64,000 bases of DNA, from the NCBI GenBank assembly GCA_947258385.1, contig CAMYII010000039.1, positions 19,723-83,722 on the forward strand, written 5' to 3'. The notes beneath the pieces were generated by a model, which did no database searches, was not told the origin of the DNA, and was given only the letters and a program-made list of their open reading frames with translations. Position 1 is the stretch's first letter. Each line of letters starts with the position of its first letter. This document shows, one piece after another, positions 36,551-46,884 of the stretch. Source of the stretch: Acidiferrobacterales bacterium. GTDB taxonomy: Bacteria; Pseudomonadota; Gammaproteobacteria; Acidiferrobacterales; SZUA-150. A program made the position numbers and the translations under genes.

Positions 36551-37129
36551 TTGAACACCTTAAATGTCACAATAGTCATGCATATGGCCGCAACAAACGC
36601 ACATACCGGCGTGATCCGTTTGGGTTGTGCTCTGCTTCTGGTGCTCTCCGGCGCCGATGTCGCGGCGGATCAACATCGAGCGATACGCATGCATGCCGAT
36701 CATATCACTGTCCAGCAGGACAAAGGCGCCATCGTCTACCGTGGCAATGTGCGCCTGAGACAGGGTGGGCTGTCCATGAAGGCCAGCCGTGCGGTTGCCC
36801 GTGAACGCAATGGCGAAATCATTTCCGTGGTTGCCACCGGGCGCCCGGTTGCCGTCCGTCATCACCCCATGGATCAGGGGCAGACAATCCATATTCGCGC
36901 CAATCGCGTTGCGTATGACCCGGGTGGCGATGCGATCGATCTGGACGGTTCGGTTACCTTGCGGCAGGGTCAAGATTTGCTGCAAAGCGAGCATCTGCAT
37001 TACGACATCGCAAACAACCGTGTGCTGGCCAAGGGCTCGACACCACTGAAACGCGCCTATGCCATACTCCATCCGAGGCCGAAGACACAGCAACCGGGGG
37101 CAGCGGTCCCCGGTCGGTCACCGAACTGA
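36551..37129 (+). CDS. lptA: LPS transport periplasmic protein LptA (OstA-like)
   Basis: OstA_N pattern ([32 protein letters not shown]...ATGRPVAV...ANRVAYD). The start codon is uncertain. Confidence 0.8.
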   Translation: MNTLNVTIVMHMAATNAHTGVIRLGCALLLVLSGADVAADQHRAIRMHADHITVQQDKGAIVYRGNVRLRQGGLSMKASRAVARERNGEIISVVATGRPVAVRHHPMDQGQTIHIRANRVAYDPGGDAIDLDGSVTLRQGQDLLQSEHLHYDIANNRVLAKGSTPLKRAYAILHPRPKTQQPGAAVPGRSPN

Positions 37130-37149
37130 CCGGAGATGGCAAGATAACC

Positions 37150-37875
37150 GTGAGCGTATTGGCAACCCGTCAATTGACGAAAGAGTACAAAGGTCGCCTG
37201 GTGGCGAACAATGTGTCCTTGGAAATCCATAGCGGCGAGGTGGTCGGTCTGCTTGGACCCAATGGCGCGGGCAAAACCACGTGTTTCTACATGATCGTCG
37301 GCCTGGTGCCCATGGACAAGGGCCAAATCCTGCTGGACGCGCAGGATATCAGCCGGCTGCCCATGCACAAGCGGGCCCGTTTGGGGCTGGGCTATCTGCC
37401 CCAGGAACCGTCGGTATTCCGCAAACTCACGGTGGAAGAGAATATCATGGCGATCCTTGAGACCCAGTCCGGCTTAAGCACTGAGGAACGGCGCCACCGC
37501 CTGGAAATGTTGCTCAAGGAATTGCATATCGGCGCCCGGCGCGACGCCTTGGGCGTCAGCCTGTCCGGCGGGGAGCGCCGGCGCGTGGAAATCGCCCGGG
37601 CCCTGGCCACCAAACCCCGCTTCATGCTGCTGGATGAACCATTCGCTGGCGTGGATCCAATTTCTGTGATAGAAATCCAGCAATTAATCAGTCACTTACA
37701 AGGGTTGGGCATCGGCGTGCTGATCACCGACCATAACGTCCGCGAAACCTTGAAAATCTGCGACCGTGCCTACATCCTGAGCGAAGGAGAGGTCCTGACG
37801 GCAGGTGTCCCGGATGAGATCCTTTATAATGAGGACGTGAAAAAGGTATATTTGGGAGAGGATTTTCAGCTATAG
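37150..37875 (+). CDS. lptB: LPS export ABC transporter ATPase LptB
   Basis: GTG start. Walker [10 protein letters not shown], signature LSGGERRR, Walker [10 protein letters not shown]-loop TDHN. Confidence 0.95.
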   Translation: MSVLATRQLTKEYKGRLVANNVSLEIHSGEVVGLLGPNGAGKTTCFYMIVGLVPMDKGQILLDAQDISRLPMHKRARLGLGYLPQEPSVFRKLTVEENIMAILETQSGLSTEERRHRLEMLLKELHIGARRDALGVSLSGGERRRVEIARALATKPRFMLLDEPFAGVDPISVIEIQQLISHLQGLGIGVLITDHNVRETLKICDRAYILSEGEVLTAGVPDEILYNEDVKKVYLGEDFQL

Positions 37876-38019
37876 ACGCGTGAGTACCAGCATGAGAGGC
37901 TATGGTAAATGGCCTGGCGTCCAATCGATATCTCATCGCCCCGGAAATCGTAGACTACACTTGAATTAAGGGCAATTCCAACATTTTGGGTCTTGCCGCC
38001 TATTGTTGCTTTTTCCTAG

Positions 38020-39516
38020 ATGAAACAGACACTTGAGTTAAAGCTAGGTCAACACCTCACCATTACGCCGCAATTGCAGCAGGCGATCCGCCTGCTGCAG
38101 CTTTCCTCTATCGAGCTACAACAGGAGATCCAGGAAGCCCTCGAAAGCAATCCCTTGCTGGAGGAGCAGGAAGAGGAGTTCAGCGGTGAGAAAGCCGATG
38201 CCGACAACGAAACGCTGGATGGCTCGGACCCGGACAGACCGGCGGATGAGGGCACATTGGAACCCACTGATCTAAAGATGGAATCGGTCACGGGGGAAGA
38301 CGATACCGGGCAGGACGAGCTCGAGTGGGCCGAGAGCTTCGAACTGCCCATGACGGGATCCACACGCAATAACCAGGATGGTTCATTTCCGGATATCGAC
38401 GCGCGCAACAGCCCCGAACAGACTCTGACGGACCATCTGGAATGGCAGGTTCAGATGACGCCGTTCTCGAACAGGGACAAGGAAATCGCTTACGCCCTCA
38501 TAGACTCGATCAATGAAGATGGTTACCTCACGAGCACCCTGAAAGACATCAAGGAGATACTGAATCGTGACACGGACGGACAATCCATCGATGCGGGCGA
38601 GATCGAGGCGGTCTTACACCAACTTCAGAATTTTGATCCCACTGGTATCGGTGCACGCGACCTGAGCGAGTGCTTGCAGTTACAGCTCAAGGCGTTGGAC
38701 CCTATGACGCCGGCCTTGGAGCAGGCCCGTCATCTCGCCACACCCGAGAACCTGGCACTACTGGGCAAACGCGACCTGAACAAGCTGCGTCGGCGGTTGA
38801 AACTGACACCGGATGAGCTGCAGCAGGCGATTGTATTGATTCAGGAGTTAAATCCGCGGCCTGGGGCTGAAATCAGCGCCACGCAGGCGGCCTATATCGT
38901 ACCGGATATCATTGTCAAGAAATTCAAGGGTGTGTGGCGCGCGGAACTCAACGGCGAGGTCGCGCCCCGTTTGCATATCAACCATCAATACGAACAGCTC
39001 ATTCAGCGTGGCGATAACAGCTCTGAGAACAAATATTTACAAGACCAGCTACAGCAGGCGCGATGGTTGATCAAGAGTCTCAGCAGCCGCAACGAAACAA
39101 TGCTAAAAGTGGCGAAAACTATTGTTGACAGGCAACGTGCATTTTTCGATCACGGACCTGAAGCGATGAAACCGCTTGTCCTTTATGATATCGCCAACGC
39201 AGTGGAAATGCATGAATCAACGATATCGCGCGTAACCACCAATAAATATATGCTAACACCGCGCGGGATCTTTGAGCTAAAATACTTCTTCTCCAGCCAT
39301 GTAGGTACAATTGATGGTGGGACCTGTTCAGCAACTGCGATCCGCTCCCTGATCAAGAAGCTGGTAGCCAGTGAATTGCCGTCCAGGCCCATAAGCGATA
39401 GTCAGATCGCACAGGCGCTGGAAGAACAAGGAATTAATGTTGCGAGGCGGACAATCGCGAAATATCGAGAATCCATGAATATACCGCCGTCGAGCAAAAG
39501 AAAGTCACTCGTTTAG
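38020..39516 (+). CDS. rpoN: RNA polymerase sigma-54 factor RpoN
   Basis: 498 aa with region I (LQQAIRLLQLSSIELQQEI), an acidic region II, and the RpoN box ARRTIAKYR. Confidence 0.95.
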   Translation: MKQTLELKLGQHLTITPQLQQAIRLLQLSSIELQQEIQEALESNPLLEEQEEEFSGEKADADNETLDGSDPDRPADEGTLEPTDLKMESVTGEDDTGQDELEWAESFELPMTGSTRNNQDGSFPDIDARNSPEQTLTDHLEWQVQMTPFSNRDKEIAYALIDSINEDGYLTSTLKDIKEILNRDTDGQSIDAGEIEAVLHQLQNFDPTGIGARDLSECLQLQLKALDPMTPALEQARHLATPENLALLGKRDLNKLRRRLKLTPDELQQAIVLIQELNPRPGAEISATQAAYIVPDIIVKKFKGVWRAELNGEVAPRLHINHQYEQLIQRGDNSSENKYLQDQLQQARWLIKSLSSRNETMLKVAKTIVDRQRAFFDHGPEAMKPLVLYDIANAVEMHESTISRVTTNKYMLTPRGIFELKYFFSSHVGTIDGGTCSATAIRSLIKKLVASELPSRPISDSQIAQALEEQGINVARRTIAKYRESMNIPPSSKRKSLV

Positions 39517-39532
39517 TCAAAGTGGGAGAAAC

Positions 39533-39862
39533 ATGATGCAATTGACCATAAGCGGACAACAAGTCGAAATAACCAATCCTCTTCGCGATTACGCCTCCGA
39601 AAAAATCGGGCGGATTGAAAAACATTTCGATCACGTCACAACAACAAATATTGTGTTACATGTTGAGAAAAACCGGCATCTCGCTGAGGCTACGATACAT
39701 GCCGCCGGGGCCACATTGCACGCCAACGCCGAAGGCGGCGATATGTATGCCGCAATTGATTCCCTGGCTGATAAGCTCGATAGACAGGTGATCAAGCATA
39801 AAGAAAAAACGACTGATCATCACCGCCAAGCCGGTGGACTAAAAAGACAAAAGGGTTTTTAA
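39533..39862 (+). CDS. hpf: Ribosome hibernation promoting factor (short HPF/YhbH type)
   Basis: 109 aa with the MQLTISGQQVEITNPLRDYASEKIGRIEKHF pattern, directly downstream of rpoN. Confidence 0.9.
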   Translation: MMQLTISGQQVEITNPLRDYASEKIGRIEKHFDHVTTTNIVLHVEKNRHLAEATIHAAGATLHANAEGGDMYAAIDSLADKLDRQVIKHKEKTTDHHRQAGGLKRQKGF

Positions 39863-39909
39863 CGTCTCACAGATGATGTCCAGATGTCATTAACTGAACG
39901 AACCAAACA

Positions 39910-40356
39910 ATGCAGATTAATGAGCTCATATCACCAAAAAGAATCACTCATGCGATGCCTGCGACCAGCAAGAAAAGACTGCTGGAGAAGATCAGCGCTT
40001 TGCTTCATGAAGATGAACCTGAACTGGATGAAACTGCGGCCTTTCAATCCTTAATAGAACGTGAACGCCTTGGCAGTACCGGCATCGGCAACGGGGTCGC
40101 GCTGCCTCACGGCCGACTCAAAGGCCTGACCAAAGCGGTCGGCGCGTTCGCTATTCTAGAACAGGAAATGGATTATGATGCGGTTGACAGGAAACCGGTC
40201 AAGATGGTCTTTGCCCTCCTGGTGCCGGAGAATGCGGATGAGGAACATTTAAAGATACTGGCACAATTGGCCGGCATATTCAGCAAACAAGAGATGCGTG
40301 AAAAACTTTTGCACGCCCGGAATGATAAAGAAATCTATGACTGCCTCACAGGCTAG
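39910..40356 (+). CDS. ptsN: PTS-Ntr EIIA protein PtsN
   Basis: 148 aa with the active-site region GNGVALPHGR. Confidence 0.9.
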   Translation: MQINELISPKRITHAMPATSKKRLLEKISALLHEDEPELDETAAFQSLIERERLGSTGIGNGVALPHGRLKGLTKAVGAFAILEQEMDYDAVDRKPVKMVFALLVPENADEEHLKILAQLAGIFSKQEMREKLLHARNDKEIYDCLTG

Positions 40357-40382
40357 CTCGTCGTGAACGAAAGTGCTTCTAG

Positions 40383-41339
40383 TTGACTATGAATACCGTG
40401 CTGACCGCCCGTGACCTCATTGATGCTCAGCGGGCACCGCTAAGGCTTGAGTGGCTGGCTGGGAAGAACGGCGGGGACAGGTTGCTGGAGCCGGCGACAG
40501 CGAAGTATCCGGGACTGGCATTGGTTGGTCACCTCAATTTTGTTCATCCCAACAGAGTCCAGGTTGTAGGCAGCACCGAAATTGATTATCTCGGTAATCT
40601 TTCCGCTGAAAAACGCAAGAGCGCGATCAATGAAATATTCGGCTGCAAAACAACGGCCGTCACCGTTACCGCCGACATAGCCGTGCCTGATGAGCTCAAA
40701 CAGGCTTCCGAAGCATTTGATCTTCCCCTTATTTTCTCACCTTTGCCCAGCCCTGTGGTAATAGAGCACCTGCAATATTACTTGACTCGGGCATTGGCGC
40801 CGCGCGTCACCGAACACGGCGTATACATGGAAGTAATGGGAATGGGCGTCTTTATTACCGGGGAAAGCGGTATCGGCAAAAGCGAACTCGCGTTGGAGTT
40901 ACTTAGCCGAAACCACCGTCTTATTGCCGATGACGCAGTTGAATTCATCAAGGTTGGACCCGACGTTCTCGTGGGACAATGCCCCGAACAGACATTGAGC
41001 GACTATATGGAGGTCCGCGGTCTCGGAATAATCAATGTTCGTGACATGTTCGGCGAAACTGCTGTACGCCATAAGAAGAAACTTCATCTGATCCTACGGC
41101 AGGAAAGACTGGAGGAACAGGACCTGGCCAATATAGACAGACTGCAGGCCGAACAGATGACAAGAACGATCTTGGGCGTTGAAATTCCAGAAGTCATCTT
41201 GTACGTGGCCCCGGGCCGCAACCTCGCTGTACTAGTGGAAGCGGCAACACGTGCCTATATCCTGAGAATGTGGGGTATGAGCTCCCTTGAAGAATTCATG
41301 AAAAAACAACGGGCGCTGTTAAATAGAGCCAACCAATGA
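40383..41339 (+). CDS. hprK: HPr kinase/phosphorylase (full-length type)
   Basis: 318 aa with P-loop GESGIGKSELALEL and the MEVRGLGIINV motif. The start is TTG 40383 or ATG 40389. Confidence 0.9.
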   Translation: MTMNTVLTARDLIDAQRAPLRLEWLAGKNGGDRLLEPATAKYPGLALVGHLNFVHPNRVQVVGSTEIDYLGNLSAEKRKSAINEIFGCKTTAVTVTADIAVPDELKQASEAFDLPLIFSPLPSPVVIEHLQYYLTRALAPRVTEHGVYMEVMGMGVFITGESGIGKSELALELLSRNHRLIADDAVEFIKVGPDVLVGQCPEQTLSDYMEVRGLGIINVRDMFGETAVRHKKKLHLILRQERLEEQDLANIDRLQAEQMTRTILGVEIPEVILYVAPGRNLAVLVEAATRAYILRMWGMSSLEEFMKKQRALLNRANQ

Positions 41340-42190
41340 GTTTTTTGATTGTCAGCGGATTGTCGGGTTCCGGAAAAACAATCGTTCTGCAAGCATTAGA
41401 GGATATGGGCTTCTACTGCATCGACAATCTTCCGGCCGCATTGCTTCCTCATTTTGTCAAAGAAATAACATCCATAGCTTCAAACGACTATCGCAAAGCG
41501 GCTGTCGGAATAGATGCCCGGAACCGGAATTTTCTTGATACCGTACCCGAGTGCCTTTCCAAAGTGGAATCAATGGGTGTGGATTTCCGGGTTATATTTC
41601 TGGAAGCCGAAGACCCTGTACTCGTCAAACGCTTCAAGGAGACACGACGCAGACATCCGTTGATAGACAAGAACACGTCGCTTCTCGAGGGAATAAAGCT
41701 GGAACGAGCTCTCCTGGAGCCGCTTTCCTTCAAGGCAGCGCTCAGGATCGATACGACACATACCACACCACATGATCTACGCCAGCAGATTCGTGACTTC
41801 GTCGATGCAAATGCAACGGCCGGGATCACGCTGTTGTTCGAGTCATTTGGTTTTAAACACGGAACACCGCTTGATGCAGACTATGTCTTTGATATCCGCT
41901 GCCTCCCAAATCCATACTGGGAACCCGAGTTGCGGCGCTACACCGGCGTGGACAAGGTAGTGATTGAATTCATGGAAAACTATCAGGAAGTCCACGAGAT
42001 GTTTGAGGCGATTAAATCGTTTCTTGAGCGATGGCTTCCGTCCTTTATCCGTGAGAATCGCTGCTACATGACCATCGCGGTTGGTTGTACCGGCGGCCAG
42101 CATCGCTCGGTTTATCTCACAAAAAGGCTCGCCGATTACTTTTCACAGAGCGGAATAAAAACGCAGATCCGGCACAGAGAACTTACATGA
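41336..42190 (+). CDS. rapZ: RNase adapter / nucleotide-binding protein RapZ (YhbJ)
   Basis: 284 aa with GLSGSGKT and a GCTGGQHRSV motif. Confidence 0.9.
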   Translation: MSFLIVSGLSGSGKTIVLQALEDMGFYCIDNLPAALLPHFVKEITSIASNDYRKAAVGIDARNRNFLDTVPECLSKVESMGVDFRVIFLEAEDPVLVKRFKETRRRHPLIDKNTSLLEGIKLERALLEPLSFKAALRIDTTHTTPHDLRQQIRDFVDANATAGITLLFESFGFKHGTPLDADYVFDIRCLPNPYWEPELRRYTGVDKVVIEFMENYQEVHEMFEAIKSFLERWLPSFIRENRCYMTIAVGCTGGQHRSVYLTKRLADYFSQSGIKTQIRHRELT

Positions 42191-42600
42191 TAGGCCTGCT
42201 TATTCTGGCATATGAAGGTGTCGGCAACGGGCTAGTCGAAGCGGCTTCCCATGTTCTGGGGAAACGGCCACCCAGGCTTGAGGCCCTATCATTAAACTAT
42301 AACGAAACGCCGGAATACCTGGCCGTCACCATTCGACAGAAGATCAGCAGCCTGGATGACGGGGCGGGTGTAATCATACTTTCCGATATCTATGGGGCCT
42401 CGCACACCAACGCGGCCTGCAGACTGCTGGATTCCGGGCATATTGAATTGATTGCCGGCTTAAACCTGCCAATGCTGATCCGTATCATTAATTATAGGCA
42501 TCTGCCCATCAATGATGTTATGGAAAAAGCCATGACCGGCGGCTGCGGGGGCATTTTTCACCCGTGTGTACCTGCCAAACCCAACGGAACGCCGGCATGA
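42187..42600 (+). CDS. PTS EIIA component, mannose/fructose family
   Basis: 137 aa from ATG 42187 (ATGA overlap with the rapZ stop). MIGLLILAYEGVGNGLVEAASHVLG resembles the EIIA-Man N-terminus. Confidence 0.75.
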   Translation: MIGLLILAYEGVGNGLVEAASHVLGKRPPRLEALSLNYNETPEYLAVTIRQKISSLDDGAGVIILSDIYGASHTNAACRLLDSGHIELIAGLNLPMLIRIINYRHLPINDVMEKAMTGGCGGIFHPCVPAKPNGTPA

Positions 42601-42866
42601 AGTGCCGCAAAATTACGATCATCAATAAATTGGGCATGCACGCGCGCGCCTCGGCAAAATTTGTCAGCCTGGCCTCGGCATTCGATTGCGAGATCACGCT
42701 AGCCCGAAACGGCCAGCAGGTGAATGGAAAAAGCATCATGGGGATTATGATGCTGGCGGCGGGCAAGGGCACCGAGCTGCAAGTGTGCGCCAATGGGTCT
42801 GATGAAGATCAAGCCGTGACAGATCTATGTTTACTAATTAATGAGCGCTTCGAGGAAGACCAGTAA
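42597..42866 (+). CDS. HPr-family phosphocarrier protein (NPr-like)
   Basis: 89 aa from ATG 42597. The His-15 region is NKLGMHARASAKF and the Ser-46 region is NGKSIMGIMML. Confidence 0.85.
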   Translation: MKCRKITIINKLGMHARASAKFVSLASAFDCEITLARNGQQVNGKSIMGIMMLAAGKGTELQVCANGSDEDQAVTDLCLLINERFEEDQ

Positions 42867-44599
42867 TGCTTGCCCTGTACGGCACCGGCGTCAGCAGCGG
42901 TATATATATAGGCAATACCTATGTGCTAAACCGCCAACGCCCGGAAGTTCCGGAGTACACGCTCCTAAAGGAGCACATTGAAGATGAAGTAAAGCGGTTT
43001 GAAGAGGCAATAAGCGAATCACGTGCACAATTGCGCGCCATACGAGACCACATTCCCGCCAACGCTCCTACTGAAACCGCCAGCCTCATTGATACCCATT
43101 TGCTGATTCTGGACGACAACATGCTTGCCAAGGCGCCCATTGCTATGATTCGCGAAGAGAAATGCAACGCCGAAATGGCGCTTAAGACTCAGAGCGAACA
43201 CTTGATGGCAATGTTTGAACAAATCGACGATCCCTACATACGCAGCCGGAAGACCGACGTCAATCAGGTCGTAGAGGGAATATTGCGTAACCTCCTGGGC
43301 ATGCAGGATATCGGACACGATGAAATCAAGGCGGGAAATATTGTCGTTGCCGATGATTTGACGCCAGCGGACACAGTGATGCTGAAGCATAAACGCGTCC
43401 GCGCCTTCGTCACGGATCTGGGTGGTCCGATTTCTCATACTGCGATTCTGGCTCGCAGCCTGGGCATACCTGCGATCGTCTCTGTGCACAATGCCACAGG
43501 ATTCGTTCGCAATAACGAAGAGATCATCGTTGATGGAAAACGCGGTTCCATTATTATAGGAGCTGACGAACCAACCATCTCCGAATATCGCAAGCGTCAA
43601 CGTCGCATCGCGCAGCTTCGCAAGGAACTGGAGAGTCTCCGTAAAAGCCGCTCCGTGACCCAAGACGGGCAAAAAATCATTTTACAAGCAAATATCGAAC
43701 TGCCACCGGACGTAAAGGCGGCAATCAAGTCTTCCGCCTCCGGGATTGGACTTTATCGGACCGAGTTTTTGTTCATGAACCGCGATGAACCACCAAGTGA
43801 AGAGGAGCAATATCGTTCGTACGCAAAAGTCGTGAGAACAATGGAAGGCAAACCGGTCACAATTCGCACGCTTGATCTAGGCGCAGACAAACAAGTTGAC
43901 GGTGGGAGCCACCGTACCCCGGTGACAGTGAATCCGGCGCTCGGACTCCGCGCGGTGCGCTTGTGCCTGCACGATCCCGGTTTATTCAAACCGCAGCTTC
44001 GCGCCATTTTACGCGTTTCGGCTATCGGCAGAGTGCGCATGATGATCCCCATGATCTCCAGCATGGACGAACTGTCTCGTGTTCTGGATCTCATCGCAGA
44101 GGTAAAAACGGAACTAAAACGACAAGGCGAACACTTTAACCCCAAGATCCCGGTCGGCGGCATGATTGAGGTGCCCGCCGCCGCCATCGCCGCAGACCTT
44201 TTCGCCCCGCTTCTGGACTTTCTATCGATCGGCACCAATGACCTGATACAATATACCCTCGCGATAGACCGTGTCGACGATGCCGTCAACTACCTATATG
44301 ATCCGTTGCATCCCTCGGTACTGCGTTTAATCGCCATGACCATCAAGGCAGGCCAGGCTGAAGGGATTCCCGTGGCCATGTGCGGAGAAATGGCCGGAGA
44401 TCCGCGCTACACCCGCCTGTTACTCGGGTTGGGATTAACCGAATTCAGTATGCATCCGGCAACGCTGTTGGACGTAAAAAAGATTGTCCGCGATAGTGAT
44501 GTCAGTGTGCTGAAACGGATCGCCGGAAAAGTCCTACGCATGCGCGACATCCATGAGCTGCACGCCAAGGTCGATCAATTGAACGAGCCGTTCATTTGA
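42866..44599 (+). CDS. ptsI: Phosphoenolpyruvate-protein phosphotransferase (Enzyme I, no N-terminal GAF)
   Basis: 577 aa with the phospho-His region GGPISHTAILARSLGIPA and a PEP-utilising C-terminal TIM barrel (IGTNDLIQYTLA, MCGEMAGD). Confidence 0.9.
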   Translation: MLALYGTGVSSGIYIGNTYVLNRQRPEVPEYTLLKEHIEDEVKRFEEAISESRAQLRAIRDHIPANAPTETASLIDTHLLILDDNMLAKAPIAMIREEKCNAEMALKTQSEHLMAMFEQIDDPYIRSRKTDVNQVVEGILRNLLGMQDIGHDEIKAGNIVVADDLTPADTVMLKHKRVRAFVTDLGGPISHTAILARSLGIPAIVSVHNATGFVRNNEEIIVDGKRGSIIIGADEPTISEYRKRQRRIAQLRKELESLRKSRSVTQDGQKIILQANIELPPDVKAAIKSSASGIGLYRTEFLFMNRDEPPSEEEQYRSYAKVVRTMEGKPVTIRTLDLGADKQVDGGSHRTPVTVNPALGLRAVRLCLHDPGLFKPQLRAILRVSAIGRVRMMIPMISSMDELSRVLDLIAEVKTELKRQGEHFNPKIPVGGMIEVPAAAIAADLFAPLLDFLSIGTNDLIQYTLAIDRVDDAVNYLYDPLHPSVLRLIAMTIKAGQAEGIPVAMCGEMAGDPRYTRLLLGLGLTEFSMHPATLLDVKKIVRDSDVSVLKRIAGKVLRMRDIHELHAKVDQLNEPFI

Positions 44600-44640
44600 A
44601 ACCAGCCGATGCCGGGATCAGGCGTTTCGAGTCGTGCTGG

Positions 44641-45051
44641 CTATAAATGGGAACCAGGAGCCTTGCCAGGCAAGAACGGGCCCAGCTCCTTCAAGGCCTC
44701 GGGGGAGTACATATAATCGTGCGCGGGATTCTCGACAATCGCGACCAGGCCGCTCTTATATTTGAGCTTATCGGTGGAAAAACCTTCAGTGACCCGGGGA
44801 AAGAACGGTTCCTTGAGTACAGATATGGCCGTAATCTTCTTCAGGCGGAACGGCCGCCAGAACGGCGGCATGCGGCCGGATTCTGAATAACCCCGCGTCT
44901 GATAGCCATCAACGGTGACCTCGCCATGCTCACTTGTATACACCGCATGAGGCTCTATGATCCGAATGGCGCGTTGCCCACGATAGCGGATCGCAATGCA
45001 GCGTCTTTCCTGGATGGCCTTGACCAGCAATTTCAGTATGTTCTGGGTCAT
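44641..45051 (-). CDS. Stand-alone WYL-domain-like protein
   Basis: 136 aa. IAIRYRGQRAIRIIEPHAVYTSEHGEVTVDGYQ....WRPFRLKKITAISVLKEPF fits the WYL pattern (R.v.P..l....g..yl.gy......R.FrldRI.....l...F). Confidence 0.5.
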   Translation of the reverse strand: MTQNILKLLVKAIQERRCIAIRYRGQRAIRIIEPHAVYTSEHGEVTVDGYQTRGYSESGRMPPFWRPFRLKKITAISVLKEPFFPRVTEGFSTDKLKYKSGLVAIVENPAHDYMYSPEALKELGPFLPGKAPGSHL

Positions 45052-45150
45052 GTCGATATGTTTACGCTAACTCCTTATTAATTATGGCATATTTAATGGA
45101 AAAAACCAGATTGCGGGACGACTGGTCATCGCGACAGCGCCTCCAAATAG

Positions 45151-45270
45151 TCGCATATGTGTCTGATTTATCTTCGCATTCAGGGGCTTAACGAGACCCA
45201 GGGAATCATCAAGATCATGAATCGGACACCCCGAAAGTGCCTCGACTTCCTCACGCCACAGGAAGCCTAG
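45151..45270 (+). mobile_element. Relic of an IS30-type transposase C-terminus (about 40 codons, no intact gene)
   Basis: The plus-strand frame reads ...LNETQGIIKIMNRTPRKCLDFLTPQEA-stop. The LN-x-RPRK-x-L-x3-TP-x-E signature ends IS30-family DDE transposases. An in-frame stop sits at 45148-45150 and no upstream transposase body exists. Confidence 0.4.
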
Positions 45271-45492
45271 AAAACCGCGTGTCGCGCCTCGTGCGGTCTG
45301 ATCCCGGTGACAGACCCGCTGGCGGCGGCGCATCCGCATTAAGGACGCCCTGCGTAGCTCAAGACCTCCTGCGGTCCAGGGCAGGACTGCCATTTTTCAA
45401 AGGCGTCAGGTGTTTGAAACATGGCGCAAGGCGTGCGCAACTCCGCCGAAGCGAGGCGACCTGATCCGTGCATGGACTTTTTCAGAAGCTGC

Positions 45493-46848
45493 TTAAATCA
45501 GCAACATGGTGGCGAGGCCGAGAAACACGAAAAAGCCGACGACATCCGTTACCGTTGTGAGCCCTACACCGCTGGCCAGGGCCGGATCGATACCGAGTTT
45601 ACGTACCGTGATGGGAATGAAAACGCCTGCCAGTGCCGCCACCACCAGATTGATGACCATCGCCAGGCCGATTACCAGCGCGAGCAATTGATTCTCGTAC
45701 CAGACCACCGCAACGATCGCCACGACCAGCGCCCAGATCATGCCATTGGACACACTCACAAGCAGCTCTTTGACCAGTATCCGCCTGGCATTGCTATCGG
45801 TAATCGTGCCGAGCGCCAGGCCGCGAACGACCAGGGTGACGGTCTGGGTGCCGGCGTTACCCCCCATGCTGGCGACAATGGGCATCAATACCGCCAATGC
45901 CACCACCTGTTTGATTATCGGCTCGAAGAAGCTGATTACCCAGGATGCAAGAATGGCGGTGATCAAATTTACTCCGAGCCAGACAGCCCGATTACGCGCG
46001 CTGCGCGCCACCGGGGCAAAAAGATCTTCCTCTTCGCTCAACCCGGCCGGCGCCATCACAGAATGGTCCGCTTCATCGCGGATGACGTCCACCACATCAT
46101 CGACAGTAATACGACCGAGTAAATAGTCATTCTCATCGGTGACCGGAGCTGTCACAAGATTGTAACGCTCAAAGGCCGCGGCCACCTCCCTTGCCGGGGT
46201 CATCGCATGAAACTTTCTCGGCTCAGCTTGCATGACATCGCGGACACGCTGCGCCGTATCAGTGATGAGCAGCTTTACCACTAACAGACTACCGACAAGA
46301 AGACCGTCACGATTCACCACGTACAACTCATTGGTGTGTTCAGGAATCTCTCCCCGCCTTCGCAGATACCGCAGAACCACATCCAGCGCGATCTCCTCCC
46401 TGACGGTAACGGCGTCCACATTCATCAGACCACCCGCCGTATCCTCTGGATACGACAACACGGTGTCCAATCGCTGGCGTTCCTGCGTGTCCAGCGTGAA
46501 CATGACCTGCGCGATCACATCGTCCGGCAGATCGGGGATCAGGTCGGCGATATCATCGGTGTCAAGTGCGCTGGTCGCGGCGACGAGGGCCTGCTCGTCT
46601 GCTTTCTCAACAAGGTCTGTACGTACCCCCTCGGGAACTTCAACCAGGACCTCGCCCATGAGCTCGGGGTGAACCAGCTCCCAAACGATGTGGCGTTGCT
46701 CAGGAGGGATAGCCTCTAGCAGATTTCCAATATCAGCGGGATGCAGATCTGAAAGGATTTCACGGATCTCATCCGCAGCTCCTTGCTCCAAGGCGGTCAA
46801 GATCTGTTTTAAGTAGTCCGGATGTTGTTGGTCCTGGGCCTGCTGCAC
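45493..46848 (-). CDS. mgtE: Magnesium transporter MgtE
   Basis: 451 aa with the MgtE N-domain, a CBS pair and a 5-TM MgtE channel domain. GTG start with an AGGAG SD. Confidence 0.95.
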   Translation of the reverse strand: MQQAQDQQHPDYLKQILTALEQGAADEIREILSDLHPADIGNLLEAIPPEQRHIVWELVHPELMGEVLVEVPEGVRTDLVEKADEQALVAATSALDTDDIADLIPDLPDDVIAQVMFTLDTQERQRLDTVLSYPEDTAGGLMNVDAVTVREEIALDVVLRYLRRRGEIPEHTNELYVVNRDGLLVGSLLVVKLLITDTAQRVRDVMQAEPRKFHAMTPAREVAAAFERYNLVTAPVTDENDYLLGRITVDDVVDVIRDEADHSVMAPAGLSEEEDLFAPVARSARNRAVWLGVNLITAILASWVISFFEPIIKQVVALAVLMPIVASMGGNAGTQTVTLVVRGLALGTITDSNARRILVKELLVSVSNGMIWALVVAIVAVVWYENQLLALVIGLAMVINLVVAALAGVFIPITVRKLGIDPALASGVGLTTVTDVVGFFVFLGLATMLLI

Positions 46849-46884
46849 TGCGAACTCCTAAATTCAATAGTCTATGCAGCCCCC

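Noticed and set aside
45082-45393. 103-aa minus-strand ORF between the WYL gene and mgtE
   Set aside because: It has no motif and no SD. It runs antisense across the IS30-type relic, whose plus-strand frame carries the only recognisable signature in the region.
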